Shown: positions 62,401 to 64,000 of the stretch, piece by piece
Layout of the letters: each line of letters starts with the position of its first letter
Position numbering within the stretch: position 1 is the first letter of the stretch
Assembly: GCF_009914755.1 (NCBI RefSeq)
Contig: NC_060943.1
Reading direction: 5' to 3' (one strand)
From: the human T2T-CHM13v2.0 reference genome, Homo sapiens
Length of the DNA: 64,000 bases
Notes under the pieces: model-generated
Databases searched by the model: none
Seen by the model: only the letters and a program-made list of their open reading frames with translations
Told to the model about the DNA's origin: nothing
Translations under genes and position numbers: made by a program

Positions 62401-64000
62401 CGTGAGAGAGAGACAGAAGTCGGCACACAGACACGCACTGCGCGCGCACACACACAGACACACACACAGACGCATCCCCCCAACACACACACACACACAC
62501 CCATAACGAACACACACGTACAGCAGGGAACACCCACCCGCAGGCAGCCCCTGAAGCTGCCGGGTTCTGCTCTCCGCGACTAAGAGCCACCGGTGAGAGA
62601 GCAGCCCACGGGCACACAGGCGGACCTGTGCTCGTCATCACAAGGGCTCCACTTTTGGGGAGACTCACCCGCACACCGTCCGCGCACGCCTGAGGCTGGG
62701 ATGCCGCGCTGCCTCGCCGGCGATCTGTCTGAGTTTTCTTCCTCCTGGGGTTTCTTCCTGCTGGTGGACCCTCCGCGAATCCCGGCCTCCGGAGACCGTC
62801 CTGGTAACTGCCCTGGCCAGGACTGGTCTCAGCCCAGACTCAGACGCACGATCACACAGGGCTCCTACTTCGCCAAGTGTCAGGGACCCATCCCCGGGCA
62901 ACGGTGGCTTTCACTGTGACCCAAGCGGCGGCTTGGGCCTCGCGCATGCGCACTGGCGAGGCCGACTCCCCCGCTCCACCCCCCCTTACTCCGCAGAGTC
63001 AGGCTGCGGACCCTTTAAAAAATGGCGGCGACGCGGCGGCTGCGGGGCCTGGGGCGGCGGTGCTGGAGGTGGCGGCGGTGGCGTCGCAGCCCGAGGCGGC
63101 GGGTGGGAAGAGGACTGCCAGAGGGGCCTGCGGGAGACCCAGGGTCGGACCCATAGGAGTCCTGTGGTGAGGACCTCCTTGATCGCTCTTCTGCTTCGGT
63201 TCCCGCTGAAGGAGGAGCTTCGGGATGCCGGCTGGGCTGCGCGGACTCCTCTTGGGGTCCGATGATGGATCCAACCGGGTGATCGGGAATGGGGTTCCAA
63301 TGCAGTGAGGCCGAAAGGGTCTCGCCGGGGCACAGAAAGATCCCCAGGGCCGCAAGGCGTGCTGTCGGCTGCAAAGGCACCGACCCATGAGCCCACTGCC
63401 TCCCTCCCTCCTGGCAGGAGCAGGGGCCTGCCTTCATCTCCAAGGCCCGAGGGCTCCGGCATCCCGACGCGGCTTCCGGCGACACGGGCAAAGAGAGACA
63501 GAGGCGAGTCCGAGCTGGAGCCAGCGTGTCCACATGTGGCACTGTCGTCCCCCAAGAGCACATGCAGGCAGCGTGTGTCTTTGAGGCGGTAGGGGGCGAC
63601 GACGAGACGGACAGTGATGTCCAGGCGTGCGCCCGGGGGGCCACTGGAGACCTGCCCCACAAAGCGGAGGAAAAGCCAAGCGCACCTGAAAACCTGCGAG
63701 ACAGGGCCTGTGCGCGAGTCCACGCCACGTTCAGGGAGGCCCGCCAGAGGAGCCGAGAGGTTTGGACAAAGTACACCCCACCCCCAGCCCACCGCCGGCT
63801 AGGTACCCCTGACGCAACCTCCCCTGCACCCAGCCAAAACCCAGTCCCGTTGGCTCCCTGACATCCGTGGCAGCCAAAAGATTCGGTGCTAGAAGGCACT
63901 TTCCCCAGGAGCGGAGGAACCGGTTGGCCCTCAAGAATCAGAGAGGAAGTGCAGGTGGGATGCAACACCGCCTTTCCTAGAAGGCCAATGTCAGGAGCGG

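Larger units (their letters stand above)
1..64000. repeat. SST1: SST1 (MER22/NBL2-family) ~2.5 kb macrosatellite tandem array, ~25.4 head-to-tail copies, extending beyond both window ends
   Basis: Seen: the anchor GCGGCGGGTGGGAAGAGGAC recurs at 1, 2510, 5036, 7566, 10102, 12630, 15158, 17686, 20214, 22742, 25266, 27792, 30318, 32838, 35365, 37891, 40406, 42930, 45445, 47971, 50495, 53010, 55536, 58062, 60579 and 63096 (mean period ~2524 bp), and the ORF track repeats with the same period. The tandem structure is certain. The family name is from recalled knowledge (2.5 kb unit, one GAGCTC per unit, CpG-rich, GA/CA microsatellites) and was not checked by a database search. Confidence 0.88.

Noticed and set aside
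1-64000. D4Z4/DUX4, DXZ4, RNU2, 5S rDNA, RS447/USP17 or CRISPR array
   Set aside because: The unit length differs, no homeodomain, USP17, U2 or intact 5S sequence is present, and there is no short-repeat/unique-spacer structure.
1-64000. Array as an assembly artefact
   Set aside because: Units carry distinct, hierarchically shared variants and private SNPs, consistent with a real resolved array, although individual duplications still need read support.

Overview
The whole 64 kb window is one uninterrupted head-to-tail tandem array of a ~2.52 kb GC/CpG-rich monomer: 25 complete units plus a partial 26th, with unit lengths of 2509-2536 bp. Unit size, a single SstI/SacI site (GAGCTC) per unit, CpG-island-like composition and an internal (GA)n/(CA)n block match the primate/human SST1 (MER22, NBL2-related) 2.5 kb macrosatellite, known from chr4q28 and chr19q13. 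The chromosome cannot be determined from the sequence alone. There are no credible conventional protein-coding genes; the listed ORFs are GC-rich or microsatellite artefacts repeated in every unit. Four things deserve a second look. (1) A Pol III type-2-like A-box/B-box pair has tRNA-like spacing and a downstream T4; the B-box is intact in 13 units and mutated in 12. (2) An NRF1/YY1 CpG-promoter module runs into a strong-Kozak 46-codon Arg-rich micro-ORF that is open in all 25 copies. (3) Two monomer haplotypes are arranged as emerging 2-mer/3-mer higher-order repeats (5056, 5039 and 7565 bp periods). (4) One ~650 bp patch carries private variants and looks like gene conversion from another array. 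Units are numbered U1-U26 from window position 1; all functional interpretations are inferences from motifs.
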